In this document: positions 1 to 9,629 of the stretch, piece by piece
Layout: each line of letters opens with the position of its first letter
Numbering within the stretch: the first letter of the stretch is position 1
Assembly: GCA_963758285.1 (NCBI GenBank)
Contig: CAVWUT010000006.1
Location: forward strand, 434,327-498,326
Origin: Terriglobia bacterium
GTDB taxonomy: Bacteria; Acidobacteriota; Terriglobia; Terriglobales; Acidobacteriaceae
Reading direction: 5' to 3'
Length of the DNA stretch: 64,000 bases
Notes under the pieces: generated by a model
Database searches by the model: none
The model's input: the letters and a program-made list of their open reading frames with translations, nothing else
What the model was told of the DNA's origin: nothing
Made by a program: the position numbers and the translations under genes

Positions 1-2
1 AA

Positions 3-92
3 CCCGGAATGCCCATCCAGCCGGGCGGGCAACCCAATCAGCCGGCGCAACCTCCGCAGACGACGGGCCAACCCGGCGAGCCTGAAGAATAA
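3..92 (+). CDS. 3' end of a gene starting upstream of the window; Pro/Gln/Gly-rich C-terminal tail
   Basis: Frame open from the window edge: ...PGMPIQPGGQPNQPAQPPQTTGQPGEPEE, TAA at 90-92. Low-complexity only, no family assignable. Confidence 0.3.
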   Translation, partial: PGMPIQPGGQPNQPAQPPQTTGQPGEPEE

Positions 93-194
93 TCATCGGC
101 TCGGCAATTGCCCGCTCGGTGCCAGAGCATATCCGCAACCCCATCCACTTCTCGCACAGAACGCGAGAAATGGTGCGCCCAGCTTCGCCCGTCG

Positions 195-2816
195 CTACAT
201 CGTTGGCCTTTCGAGTTGGGCGCAAAGCACCACCAGGGTCATGTCATCGTGCTGCTTGGCGCCGGCGACGAAAGTGTCCGCAGCCTGCATGATGCGGGCA
301 ATGATTTCAGAAGGACTCAGGCCGACGCAGCTTTTCACCGTTTCCATTAACTGCTGCTCGCCCCATTCCTCGTCGGCGTTGTTCATAGCCTCGCTGATGC
401 CGTCAGTGAAGGCAATCAGAATGTCCCCGGGATTGATGGTCACAGTTGCCTGCTGGTAGGGGAAGCTTTCGAGCAAGCCCACCACCGTGCCTCCGGTTTC
501 GAGACGGTTGATCTGCCACTCCTGCGCTGAGCGATGAAACAGCATGGGCGGATTGTGCCCCGCATTCACGTAGGTGAGCATCCGGGTTGCCGGATTGTAC
601 TGGCCATAGAAGAAAGTCGCATAGCGGTTTGAAGAGGAAGCCTCATACACCAGGCGGTTTACATTGCTGATCAGCGCAGCAAGGTTTTCCGGCGCCCGGG
701 TCGCCTCGCCTCGTAACGATGCCTGGAGGCTGGCCATCATCAAGGCAGCCGCGATGCCTTTACCGGAGACGTCGCCGATGGCAATGCCAAGCTGTCCGCC
801 GGGTAGAGCCAGAAAATCGTAGTAGTCGCCGCCCACGCCGAGGGCGGGACGGCACGCACCGGAATAGTCAATCCCGATAATCGGGGGAAGGGTTTGCGGA
901 AAAAGCCGCTCCTGCACCTCGCGCGCGATCTCCACTTCACGGTTCAACCGTTCGCGCTGCGCGACTTCGTCGGCAATGGCAGACATGAGGCGCGCGTTCT
1001 CCAGCGCCAGCCCGGTTTGCGCCGCCACCGACTTGAGCAGGCGGACGTCGGTTCCCGAGTAAGGTTCGTCGGACAACTTCGGTCCCAGGCTGATGAAGCC
1101 GAGGAGTTTGTCTCGCGTGCTCAGCGGCAACAGTAATTCACTCTGCAGTTGCGCGAGTTTCGCGCGATCTTCTTCGCTGACGTCCGGCTCGCGATACAGC
1201 CACGAATTGGGATCGTCGAGATATACCCGGGCCGGTTCGTTGTGTTTCTCCAGAGCTTTAATTGTTCCGCCGGTGCGCGGGAAGGTAACGTCCGGCGCGG
1301 CTCCATAGCCCAGCGCGTATGCCGGGCGAAAGAATCCGCCTCCTCCAAGCAGCACTGCGACCCTCGGAATATGGAGCGTATCGGAAATTCTCGCTGCTAC
1401 GGTTTCGATCAGCGGACGGGTCTCGACCATGCTGCGGACCTGGTCGATTAACTCGCTGAGAACCTGCTCGGCGTTGTAGGCTTCGCGGAAAAATCTGCGG
1501 TCGGTCCACCGCCGCAGGCGGTCCGCACCGCGGCTCAGGCTGAATCCCACCAGAAAAGTGACCACGATAAGGATGATCTTCATCGGCCGGTGCTGGCTCT
1601 GTCCGATCCACGAAGTCGCGATGAGGGTGATGGTAATAATCATGCCTATTTGCAACGCGCGGATTCCGCTCTTTGCCAGCCCGTACTGCAGACCTTGGCG
1701 GACCACTACCCTCACGTCCATGGCGCGCTGCACCACGATCACATAGGCCAGCGTCAGCGGGAAAATCGTGGTCAGGATCAGTCCAATTCCGATCAGCCAG
1801 TCGGGGAATATGTCGTACATGGATTGGCCGCGAATCAGAGAAATGATCTGGATCAGGAACAACGGAACCATGGAGACGGTCGCGCCCCAGTACAGCAGGA
1901 GAAGCCGTCGCTTGGCATCGTGCGAGATCGCCATCGCAGACTTGGTGAAGATCGAGCTGAAAAAGCCGAAACCGATCATGCCTATGACGTAGATGCGCAA
2001 AGGCGTTTCAAGCGGATGGAATCGCTGAAGAATCTGTTGCGAGCGGGCGTAGTCCGTCATGTCCGTGATCGAGATCGCGACATAGAAATAGATCTCCACC
2101 AGAACCGGAGCGATCACCAGCACCGGGATCCATTTCCGCCACGATCGCATTCGCGTGTAGAACGGAAAAGGCTCCGGGAAGAAGAACCCGAACAGGAACA
2201 TGAAAATCGCCCACCCGACTGCGAGCGTGGTGCGATACGCCATCCCCACTTCGCGGTAACCTGGGCCCCAGCTCTCAATTTTGAACGAGCTGAACAGTTG
2301 CGAGAAACAGAACATCAGTCCGAGCAGGATCCACGCCAGCTTGTCACGTGGCCGGACCAGCACTACCCAGGAGCCTAGCAGGACGCATCCGATGGGCGCC
2401 ACAATGTTCAGCAACACATCGAAGACCACGTGGCTCAACGGAGTGGTTCCCCGGGTTACGGGAAGAACCACGGAATGTTCGCCGGATTTGGACCTTACTG
2501 TGAGTTCGATCTGACCTCCCGGTCGCGCTCTGGCGTAGGCTTCCGACAACATCGCAGTCCCGGTGTACTTTTGCCCATTGACCGCCAGTAGAGTGTCACC
2601 GGTGTGCAGGCCAAGGTTTTCCGCCTCCGGCCGCACGATCTCCAGAGAAGCGCTGGCATCTGCGGGCAGGACGAAGGGCACCTCGATCGGCTGTGCGCGC
2701 CAGATATCCTCGGCATAGCGGACTTGAAACAGCATTGCCCCGGCAAAAAGAACAGCCAGGCACACGTATTGGACCACTGGCACCGATGGTCTTTTTGTGG
2801 GCGCGCCATTTCTCAT
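195..2816 (-). CDS. membrane-bound PP2C (SpoIIE/RsbU-type) serine phosphatase with PDZ-like, multi-TM and GAF-like regions
   Basis: 873-aa ORF. PDZ-like LHTGDTLLAVNGQKY...IELTV, about 9-10 hydrophobic helices, GAF-like LLLPLSTRDKLLGFISLG. PP2C motifs GVGGDYYDF, GDVSGKGIAAAL, AFTDGISEA, DDMTLVV. Confidence 0.85.
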   Translation of the reverse strand: MRNGAPTKRPSVPVVQYVCLAVLFAGAMLFQVRYAEDIWRAQPIEVPFVLPADASASLEIVRPEAENLGLHTGDTLLAVNGQKYTGTAMLSEAYARARPGGQIELTVRSKSGEHSVVLPVTRGTTPLSHVVFDVLLNIVAPIGCVLLGSWVVLVRPRDKLAWILLGLMFCFSQLFSSFKIESWGPGYREVGMAYRTTLAVGWAIFMFLFGFFFPEPFPFYTRMRSWRKWIPVLVIAPVLVEIYFYVAISITDMTDYARSQQILQRFHPLETPLRIYVIGMIGFGFFSSIFTKSAMAISHDAKRRLLLLYWGATVSMVPLFLIQIISLIRGQSMYDIFPDWLIGIGLILTTIFPLTLAYVIVVQRAMDVRVVVRQGLQYGLAKSGIRALQIGMIITITLIATSWIGQSQHRPMKIILIVVTFLVGFSLSRGADRLRRWTDRRFFREAYNAEQVLSELIDQVRSMVETRPLIETVAARISDTLHIPRVAVLLGGGGFFRPAYALGYGAAPDVTFPRTGGTIKALEKHNEPARVYLDDPNSWLYREPDVSEEDRAKLAQLQSELLLPLSTRDKLLGFISLGPKLSDEPYSGTDVRLLKSVAAQTGLALENARLMSAIADEVAQRERLNREVEIAREVQERLFPQTLPPIIGIDYSGACRPALGVGGDYYDFLALPGGQLGIAIGDVSGKGIAAALMMASLQASLRGEATRAPENLAALISNVNRLVYEASSSNRYATFFYGQYNPATRMLTYVNAGHNPPMLFHRSAQEWQINRLETGGTVVGLLESFPYQQATVTINPGDILIAFTDGISEAMNNADEEWGEQQLMETVKSCVGLSPSEIIARIMQAADTFVAGAKQHDDMTLVVLCAQLERPTM

Positions 2817-2890
2817 AAGGAACCGCCGGAAAGGGTGATTGTACAGGGGCGGTGGACTCGATGTCGGAATTTGGCCGAGCGGGCGGGCGG

Positions 2891-3289
2891 CTATTTCTTT
2901 CGGACTGGATTGACGGGCGTAACCATGGGCCGCCGGACCGGGACGATGGCCCCTCGCGAAGGATCAGCAGCGGCGTTGGCCCGGGTGAGCACCTCTTGCT
3001 GGATGTATTGCACGAACTCCTGAATCTGACGCTGCATCTCCTCCATGCGCTCGCGCATTTGCAGGATAATCGCCATCCCGCTGATGTTCACTCCCAGATC
3101 GCGGGCCAGCGAAAGAACGAATTCCAGGCGCTGGAGGTCTTCGTCGGTGTAAAGGCGGGTATTGCCCTCGGTCCGGGAAGGCTTGAGCAGGCCTTCGCGC
3201 TCGTAGAGGCGCAGGGTCTGGGGATGGATCTCGTACATTTCGGCGACGGCTGAGATCATGTAGGCGCCTTTGGACTTGCGTTTGGTCAC
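2891..3289 (-). CDS. hspR: MerR-family heat-shock repressor HspR
   Basis: HTH YMISAVAEMYEIHPQTLRLYEREGLLKPSRTEGNTRLY is typical of HspR. GTG start at 3289 (ATG alternative at 3259). Lies in a dnaK/dnaJ neighbourhood. Confidence 0.8.
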   Translation of the reverse strand: MTKRKSKGAYMISAVAEMYEIHPQTLRLYEREGLLKPSRTEGNTRLYTDEDLQRLEFVLSLARDLGVNISGMAIILQMRERMEEMQRQIQEFVQYIQQEVLTRANAAADPSRGAIVPVRRPMVTPVNPVRKK

Positions 3290-3414
3290 CGGGATCCCTC
3301 GCTGCGCTCGGGATTTCGCCTGCGGGCTCCCGCTGCGCTCACGCCCGCAAGACGGCTCAACATCTCGGCGACGGCCGAGATCATGTATGCGCCTTTGGAT
3401 TTGCGTTTGGTCAT
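3286..3414 (-). CDS. 42-codon upstream ORF whose first 18 codons duplicate the hspR N-terminus
   Basis: ATG 3414 ... TGA 3288-3286. Peptide MTKRKSKGAYMISAVAEMLSRLAGVSAAGARRRNPERSEGSR. The stop overlaps the hspR GTG (GTGA). Too short for the ORF track; coding status unproven. Confidence 0.35.
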   Translation of the reverse strand: MTKRKSKGAYMISAVAEMLSRLAGVSAAGARRRNPERSEGSR

Positions 3415-3440
3415 AGGTCGGTTCGTGCTCAAATCATATC

Positions 3441-3475
3441 CAAAAAAAGAAAGAGACGCAGCAAGCTACGTCTCC
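3441..3475 (-). terminator. Rho-independent terminator of the permease gene
   Basis: Minus strand GGAGACG-tagcttgctg-CGTCTC followed by TTTCTTTTTTTGG, 27 nt after the stop at 3502. Confidence 0.7.
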
Positions 3476-3501
3476 ATAGGTCAGATCACAAAAGTTCGGG
3501 C

Positions 3502-4911
3502 TTAGTCGTACGCCGCCACTTGCGGCTCCTCTTTGGCAGGTTGAGTCCATCCGCCGGGCTTGAGAGCGTGGTTGATGAAGTACGCGACCACGCCTGCGCC
3601 GATCAGGATCATCCCAAAAGCAAACGAACTCATGCCCAACACCTGCTCGCTTTCGCTTCTTACGACCGAGAAGCCGAGCAGGAGTATGGGAGCGATGCCA
3701 ATCGCGACAGCTCCGAACGTACCCCCGGGAACGCGAAACGGCCGTGCCAACTCGGGCTCGCGGAAGCGCAGCCAGATCAGCGCCAGAAATTCCAATCCCA
3801 GACTTCCGCCGTAAAGAAGAATGTCGAGCGTCACCAGGCGCTCAAAGCCGAGACCAAGGCACATGGCCCAGCAAATCGCCAAAGCGATAATCGCTACCCA
3901 GGGCGCCCGGGTTCGGGGATGCAGCTTGCCGAAGAACTTGGGCAACATACCATCTTCGGCCATGGCGAGCGGCAGCCGGGAATAGCTCATGACCAGGGCA
4001 TTAAACATGCCGAAGCCGCTGATCATGCCGCCCAGTGCCAATCCAACTCTAAGCAGCGGACCGCCCATAAGGCCCGCGATGTCGGCCCAGAAGCCGGTTT
4101 CCCACGCGCTGGCGGGAAGGCCGGTCGTCCACATGGCCGCCACCGGGAGAACGTAACTGACGCTGACAATCGCCACTGCCCAAAGCATGGCCCGCGGATA
4201 GGTCCGCTGCGGACGTTCCACCTCGGTGGCGATGGTAGAGGCGTTGTCCCATCCCATGTAGTTCCACATGCAGATAAGCAATCCGGTCAGGATGCCCACG
4301 CCGGAAGCAGACGGCCTGGCCGCCGCATGCGCCAACATTCCGAACTTCAGCGGCGCAATGACCGCAATGGCAAGAAACGGCGCCGACAAAAGGAAGAACA
4401 GCCACAGCGACGTGGTCGAAACTACGCGTACTCCCGCGATGTTCAGCAGCGCACACACTGTCACCACCGCCAGCGCAACCATTACCCCGCGATGTCCCTC
4501 GGCAAACCACGGAAATAGCCGGTCGAGATAAAGGACAAACAGGGTGGGATAAATCGCCATATCGAAAATCGACGCAACCAGCGAAAGCCAAGCTTCCTGA
4601 AATCCCCAGAAGTTTCCCATCGCTCGTCGCACCCAGGCGTAATAGCCACCTTCATGGGGCAGTGCGCTTGAAAGTTCGCCGATCATGAACGCGGTGGGCA
4701 GGCTCCAGAGAACCGGAGTCAGCAACAGGATGAGGATCGCCTTGCCATAGCCCGCGCCGTGCACGATATCTTCTGTGCCATAGGTTCCACCAGACACCAT
4801 AAAGAAGGTGGCAGCGACCAATGGCCAAAGAGTGAGGCGGACGGATTTCTTCCGGCGGGGAATGATGGTGGGCGGTTGAGTCGGTTGACGGACAGCGCTA
4901 GCGGTTGCCAA
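3502..4911 (-). CDS. APC-superfamily amino acid/polyamine permease
   Basis: 469-aa ORF with about 12 hydrophobic helices and an APC-like N-terminal segment FFMVSGGTYGTEDIV. Confidence 0.8.
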   Translation of the reverse strand: MATASAVRQPTQPPTIIPRRKKSVRLTLWPLVAATFFMVSGGTYGTEDIVHGAGYGKAILILLLTPVLWSLPTAFMIGELSSALPHEGGYYAWVRRAMGNFWGFQEAWLSLVASIFDMAIYPTLFVLYLDRLFPWFAEGHRGVMVALAVVTVCALLNIAGVRVVSTTSLWLFFLLSAPFLAIAVIAPLKFGMLAHAAARPSASGVGILTGLLICMWNYMGWDNASTIATEVERPQRTYPRAMLWAVAIVSVSYVLPVAAMWTTGLPASAWETGFWADIAGLMGGPLLRVGLALGGMISGFGMFNALVMSYSRLPLAMAEDGMLPKFFGKLHPRTRAPWVAIIALAICWAMCLGLGFERLVTLDILLYGGSLGLEFLALIWLRFREPELARPFRVPGGTFGAVAIGIAPILLLGFSVVRSESEQVLGMSSFAFGMILIGAGVVAYFINHALKPGGWTQPAKEEPQVAAYD

Positions 4912-5257
4912 TTTCGATGGCTTCCTCCTTGGGGCGAATCACTCTCAGCCACCTCGTCTCCCTTGTTGCGAGGCTCCCGGTGCAAGCGATTCCGGGCATT
5001 TCGGCGAAGTTAGTTCGCAGGTAAGAGATTACGGCAATTTTCCACAGATGCAACAATTATTTTGAAATTTTTTGTCAGCCCCGGCGGGTACGGAGGTAAC
5101 GCGGGCGGATTCTGGAATGACCCCGCTGCCACGCCAACTGCGGAACCGACGGTAACGCTGCTATGCGCGACCGGGGCCGCGGCTGCTTCGCCGGTTCAGT
5201 TTCTTCGCCATTTGCGTTATAAAGGTGGGCAAACAATTTTTCCCAGGAGACGAAAGC

Positions 5258-5713
5258 ATGAAAACAACACTCATGGTTGTTCTCTTCAGCATGCTGCTGT
5301 TTGCGCAATCTGAAAAGCAGCAGAACACGTTTACTCCGGATCAGATTAAGTACGGTCCGCCTCCCCCGTTCGTGGCCGCGGGCGCCCAGCTTGCCGTGCT
5401 TGAAGGCGACCCGACTGCCAGCACCGGCGATTTTACGATCCGCCTGAAGATGCCGAGTGGCTACAAGATCGCGCCTCACTGGCATCCTAAGCGGGAGAAT
5501 GTGACGGTGATTTCCGGCAACTTCAAAGTGGGGATGGGGGACAAGTTCGATGTGAGCAAGATGACGAACTTCTCCGCCGGAAGCTTTGCCTACCTGGATC
5601 CCGATATGCACCACTACGCCATGGCATCGGGACCGGTCGTAGTCCAGGTGCATGGCATGTCGCCGCTGCAGTTTAACTATGTGAGTCCGGCGGACGACCC
5701 CAGCAAGAAGTAG
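5258..5713 (+). CDS. secreted cupin-domain protein
   Basis: Signal peptide MKTTLMVVLFSMLLFA. Cupin core HWHPKRENVTVISGNFKV...HHY. GGAGA 8 nt upstream of ATG 5258; the ORF-track start 5225 is less likely. Confidence 0.7.
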   Translation: MKTTLMVVLFSMLLFAQSEKQQNTFTPDQIKYGPPPPFVAAGAQLAVLEGDPTASTGDFTIRLKMPSGYKIAPHWHPKRENVTVISGNFKVGMGDKFDVSKMTNFSAGSFAYLDPDMHHYAMASGPVVVQVHGMSPLQFNYVSPADDPSKK

Positions 5714-5742
5714 TTAGAGGATCAGCCGACTGCGAGCGGGAG

Positions 5743-6969
5743 CTACAGATTTTTCCAAAGCTCAGCCCTGGGGTCTTCGGGGTTGAGCTTCGCCAGCTCG
5801 CGGAGCAGTTCTTTGGTCTTCTCGTCGCGGGGCATGGGGACGGTGATCTTGACTTCGACGATCTCATCCCCGCGCGCACCCTCTTTGGTCGCCGAGGGCA
5901 CACCTTTCTCTCGCAGCCGGAGCTTTTGACCCGACTGGGTTCCCGGCGGAATCCGCAATTGGGCGCGGCCATCAATGGTGGGCACTTCAACTTTGGCGCC
6001 GAGAGCGGCCTCGGTCGCAGTGATCGGAACCGTGAGGTGAATGTCGTCCGCTTCGCGATGGAACACGGGGTGGTCGCCGGTTCGGATGATGACGTAGAGA
6101 TCACCGCCGGGTCCGCCGCGGAGACCGGCGTTGCCTTTGCCGGCAATGCGAATGCGTTGCCCGTCGCGGGTTCCAGGCTTGATCCGGACTTCCAGCGGCT
6201 CGGTGTGGTCGACCGTGCCTTCGCCGTGACAGGCCGCGCAGGTTGAGAGATTCTTGCCCGTGCCATGACAATGCGGGCAGGGAACATTGAACTTCATGCG
6301 GCCGCCAGTCTGAGTGACCTGGCCAGTGCCGCTGCACTCCGGACATTTGCCGGGCGCCTCGATCACGCCCTGTCCGTGGCAGTTTGCACAGGCGTCGCGG
6401 CGGGCGATGTTCAGCCGCATGACGCCGCCGCGGATCGCGGTCCAGAAGGGAACATTGACCTGGTACTCGAGATCGGTGCCCGGCTCAGGCTCTTGCTGCG
6501 CTGCTCCGCCGCGTCCTCCTCCGAACATGCCGGAAAAAACGTCGCGAAATCCGCCGCCGGTGCCTGAACTTTTGCGGCCACGGCCGCCCTCGAACAGGTC
6601 AGAAAAATCGAATCCGCCGAAATCGAAGTGGGCGCCTTGCGCTCCGGTCTGCTCGCCTTGGGGAAACCCCGCACCTGGAAACCCTCCGCCGGTAGCGCCG
6701 GCGCGGGCATAGGCCTCGGCAGTTGCGGGATCGATGTTGTCGGAGTAGAAACCGACCTGGTCGTAGACCTTGCGCTTTTTGGGATCGCTGAGAACGTCGT
6801 TGGCTTCGGAGAGGGCCTTGAACTTCTCCTCGGCCGACTTGTCTCCGGGATTGACGTCGGGATGATACTTGCGGGCAAGCTTGCGGAATGCTTTGCGGAT
6901 GTCCTCGGCGGAGGCGGACTTCTTCACCCCGAGGATGTCGTAGTAATCTTTTTTTGCGGTGGTTGCCAT
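5743..6969 (-). CDS. dnaJ: chaperone DnaJ
   Basis: J domain with HPD (KYHPDVNPG), a G/F-rich linker, and four CxxCxGxG zinc motifs ([32 protein letters not shown]). Confidence 0.97.
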   Translation of the reverse strand: MATTAKKDYYDILGVKKSASAEDIRKAFRKLARKYHPDVNPGDKSAEEKFKALSEANDVLSDPKKRKVYDQVGFYSDNIDPATAEAYARAGATGGGFPGAGFPQGEQTGAQGAHFDFGGFDFSDLFEGGRGRKSSGTGGGFRDVFSGMFGGGRGGAAQQEPEPGTDLEYQVNVPFWTAIRGGVMRLNIARRDACANCHGQGVIEAPGKCPECSGTGQVTQTGGRMKFNVPCPHCHGTGKNLSTCAACHGEGTVDHTEPLEVRIKPGTRDGQRIRIAGKGNAGLRGGPGGDLYVIIRTGDHPVFHREADDIHLTVPITATEAALGAKVEVPTIDGRAQLRIPPGTQSGQKLRLREKGVPSATKEGARGDEIVEVKITVPMPRDEKTKELLRELAKLNPEDPRAELWKNL

Positions 6970-7020
6970 TAGCAGAGAAGATTACTCTAAACGCCATCGA
7001 TTGAGACATAAAAGACCAAG

Positions 7021-7084
7021 CCACGGATTCGCACGGATTTTCACGGATTATTCTTAATCCGTTTTGATCCGTATCGATCCGTGG
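7021..7084. repeat. long imperfect palindrome built from three CACGGAT modules and their mirror images
   Basis: CCACGGAT-tcg-CACGGAT-ttt-CACGGATT attctt AATCCGT-tttg-ATCCGT-atcg-ATCCGTGG, in the dnaK-dnaJ spacer. Confidence 0.6.
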
Positions 7085-7123
7085 CTGCGCCTTGTCATCA
7101 CCTATCGAACTGCGCTCGGACTG

Positions 7124-7146
7124 GGGACAGGCGAGACGCCCGTCCC
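7124..7146. repeat. GC-rich REP-like hairpin (GGGACAGGCG family)
   Basis: GGGACAGGCG-aga-CGCCCGTCCC, 15 nt downstream of the dnaK stop. Related copies at 55851 and 57049. Confidence 0.55.
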
Positions 7147-7160
7147 TACACAGACCGTGC

Positions 7161-9092
7161 TTATTTCTTATCTTCCACGTCCACGTACTCAGCGTCGATT
7201 ACGCCTTCGTCTTTCTTCTGACTGGCGCCGTTGCCGCTTTCCGATGGACCAGCACCGGGCCCTGCGCCGGGCGCAGGCCCTGCCTGCGACTGGGCGGCCT
7301 TGTACATCTGCTCGGCCAACTTGTGCGAGGCTTTGGTCAGGTTCTCGCGGGCACGATCCATGGCCGCCTTGTCGCCGCCTTCGAGCGCCTTCTTGGCATC
7401 GGCTACGGCACTTTCGACGTCTCCACGCTCGGAGCCCGAGATTTTGTCGCCGTGCTCGCGCAGCATCTTCTCCACGCTATAGACCATGGAATCGAGCTGG
7501 TTCTTGGCCTCGATGACTTCGCGCTGGGCCTTGTCCTCGGCCGAATGCGAATCGGCTTCCTTTGCCATGCGGTCGACTTCCTCTTTGCTCAGACCCGAAG
7601 ACGACGTAATCGTGATCTTCTGATCCTTCTGCGTGGCCGTGTCCTTGGCAGTCACGTTCAGGATGCCGTTGGCATCGATGTCGAACGTCACCTCAATCTG
7701 CGGCAAGCCGCGTGGTGCCGGCGGAAGTCCCGTCAGATGGAACTTGCCCAACGTGCGGTTCTGTCCGGCCATGGGCCGCTCGCCCTGCAGCACGTGCACT
7801 TCGACCGAAGTCTGATTGTCCGCCGCGGTCGAAAACGTCTCCGTTTTGCGCGTGGGAATCGTCGTGTTGCGCGGGATCATCGGAGTCGCCACCCCGCCCA
7901 GAGTTTCGATCGCCAGCGTCAACGGAGTCACGTCGAGCAGCAGCAGATCCTTCACTTCGCCCTTGAGCACGCCGCCTTGAATCGCCGCACCCACCGCGAC
8001 CACTTCATCCGGGTTTACACCTTTGTGAGGCTCTCTGCCGAACAACTCCTTCACCAGCGCCTGAATGCGCGGCATACGCGTCTGTCCACCGACGAGCACA
8101 ACTTCGTTAATTTTGCTGGCGTCAATCCCGGCGTCCTTCATGCACTGTTTGCACGGGCCTACCGAACGCTGAATGATGTCTTCCACCATCGACTCCAGTT
8201 TGGCTCGGGTCAGCTTCTTGACCAGGTGCTTCGGCCCGCTCGCGTCTGCCGTGATGAACGGCAGGTTAATCTCGTGCTCCATCGTGGTCGAAAGCTCGAT
8301 CTTGGCCCGCTCGGCCGCGTCCCGCAGACGCTGCAACGCCATTTCGTTGCCCTTGGCGCGCAGGTCAAGGCCTTCGTCTTTCTTGAACTCGTCAATCAGC
8401 CAATCGACCAGCCGCTGGTCGATGTTGTCGCCGCCCAGGTGGGTATCACCGTTGGTAGCTTTGACCTCGATCACGCCCTCGCCAACTTCGAGGATGGAAA
8501 TGTCGAACGTGCCGCCGCCGAAGTCGTACACGGCGATGGTCTCGTCCTTCTGTTTATCGAGACCGTAGGCCAGCGCCGCCGCAGTCGGCTCGTTGATGAT
8601 GCGCTTGACATCCAGCCCGGCGATCCGCCCAGCGTCTTTGGTCGCCTGGCGTTGCGCGTCGTTGAAGTACGCCGGCACAGTGATGACCGCGTCGGTGATC
8701 TTCTCGCCGAGATAGTCTTCTGACGCCTTCTTCAGCTTCTGCAGAATCATGGCTGAAATCTCAGGCGGAGTATGTTCTTTGCCCTGCGCCACGACGGCGA
8801 CGTGATCGCCCTGGCGCACGACTTTGTACGGGACCATCTTCATTTCTTCGCTGACTTCGTCGTAGCGCCGTCCCATGAAGCGCTTGATCGAGTAAATTGT
8901 GTTTTCCGGATTGGTGATGGCCTGACGTTTCGCCACCTGTCCCACCAGCCGCTCGCCGGTCTTGGTAAAGCCCACTACGGACGGCGTGGTCCGGCCTCCT
9001 TCTTCGTTAGCGATGACCTTCGGCTCGCCACCTTCCATGACAGCGACGCAGGAGTTGGTGGTGCCGAGGTCGATTCCGATTGTTTTGGCCAT
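7161..9092 (-). CDS. dnaK: chaperone DnaK (Hsp70)
   Basis: 643 aa. Contains [21 protein letters not shown]-type motif ([10 protein letters not shown]), and an acidic C-terminal tail. Confidence 0.98.
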   Translation of the reverse strand: MAKTIGIDLGTTNSCVAVMEGGEPKVIANEEGGRTTPSVVGFTKTGERLVGQVAKRQAITNPENTIYSIKRFMGRRYDEVSEEMKMVPYKVVRQGDHVAVVAQGKEHTPPEISAMILQKLKKASEDYLGEKITDAVITVPAYFNDAQRQATKDAGRIAGLDVKRIINEPTAAALAYGLDKQKDETIAVYDFGGGTFDISILEVGEGVIEVKATNGDTHLGGDNIDQRLVDWLIDEFKKDEGLDLRAKGNEMALQRLRDAAERAKIELSTTMEHEINLPFITADASGPKHLVKKLTRAKLESMVEDIIQRSVGPCKQCMKDAGIDASKINEVVLVGGQTRMPRIQALVKELFGREPHKGVNPDEVVAVGAAIQGGVLKGEVKDLLLLDVTPLTLAIETLGGVATPMIPRNTTIPTRKTETFSTAADNQTSVEVHVLQGERPMAGQNRTLGKFHLTGLPPAPRGLPQIEVTFDIDANGILNVTAKDTATQKDQKITITSSSGLSKEEVDRMAKEADSHSAEDKAQREVIEAKNQLDSMVYSVEKMLREHGDKISGSERGDVESAVADAKKALEGGDKAAMDRARENLTKASHKLAEQMYKAAQSQAGPAPGAGPGAGPSESGNGASQKKDEGVIDAEYVDVEDKK

Positions 9093-9157
9093 AAACGGCT
9101 CCTTTCGATGCTTATAAGTGCTTTATAATCAATAAGAAGTTGATTGCGCTCTGTCCC

Positions 9158-9187
9158 ATGCTAAGACCTGAGTGAATCATTGTCAAT
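9158..9187 (-). promoter_or_regulatory. candidate dnaK promoter with overlapping HAIR-like (HspR operator-like) inverted repeat
   Basis: Minus strand TTGACA (9186-9181), 17 nt, TAGCAT (9163-9158). aTTGAcA-N7-ACTCAgG (9187-9167) compares with HAIR CTTGAGT-N7-ACTCAAG: right half 6/7, left half 4/7. Confidence 0.45.
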
Positions 9188-9326
9188 GTTTAGATGCATG
9201 GGGGTGGTATCGGATGCTCAGAATCAAGAAAGAGGGGAACCGCCGAAGATTGTTAAGATAAAATCTGCTCGAACGGAATGACAATTCCCGCGCCGTTCGG
9301 GGGTTCCAATAGTTGAGGTATTAAGA

Positions 9327-9596
9327 ATGTGCCGGAATATCAAAACCCTATTTAACTTCGATCCGCCGGTCACTGAGGACGAAGTGCGGGCGGCTTCGCT
9401 GCAGTTTGTGAGGAAGATCACCGGCTTTAACAAGCCGTCGAAAGCCAATGAGAGCGCGTTTCTGGCTGCGGTCGATGAAGTAGCCGGCGTCTCGATGCGC
9501 CTTCTTCGTTCGCTCGAAACCACGGCGCCGCCGAAGAATCGTGAAGAAGAAGCGGCCAAGGCGAGAGCTCGCGCCGCCGAGCGATTCGGAGATTGA
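9327..9596 (+). CDS. DUF2277-family small protein
   Basis: 89 aa starting MCRNIKTLFNFDPPVTEDEVRAASLQFVRKITGF, a very characteristic DUF2277 N-terminus. Confidence 0.75.
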   Translation: MCRNIKTLFNFDPPVTEDEVRAASLQFVRKITGFNKPSKANESAFLAAVDEVAGVSMRLLRSLETTAPPKNREEEAAKARARAAERFGD

Positions 9597-9629
9597 GTCA
9601 TCCGGAGCCTCGAGGGTGGGGAAGTTTAC

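Noticed and set aside
7092-8723. 543-aa ORF on the plus strand opposite dnaK
   Set aside because: It is antisense to an unambiguous dnaK. Its Arg/Leu/His/Gly-rich composition is typical of shadow ORFs in GC-rich DNA, and it has no recognisable motif.
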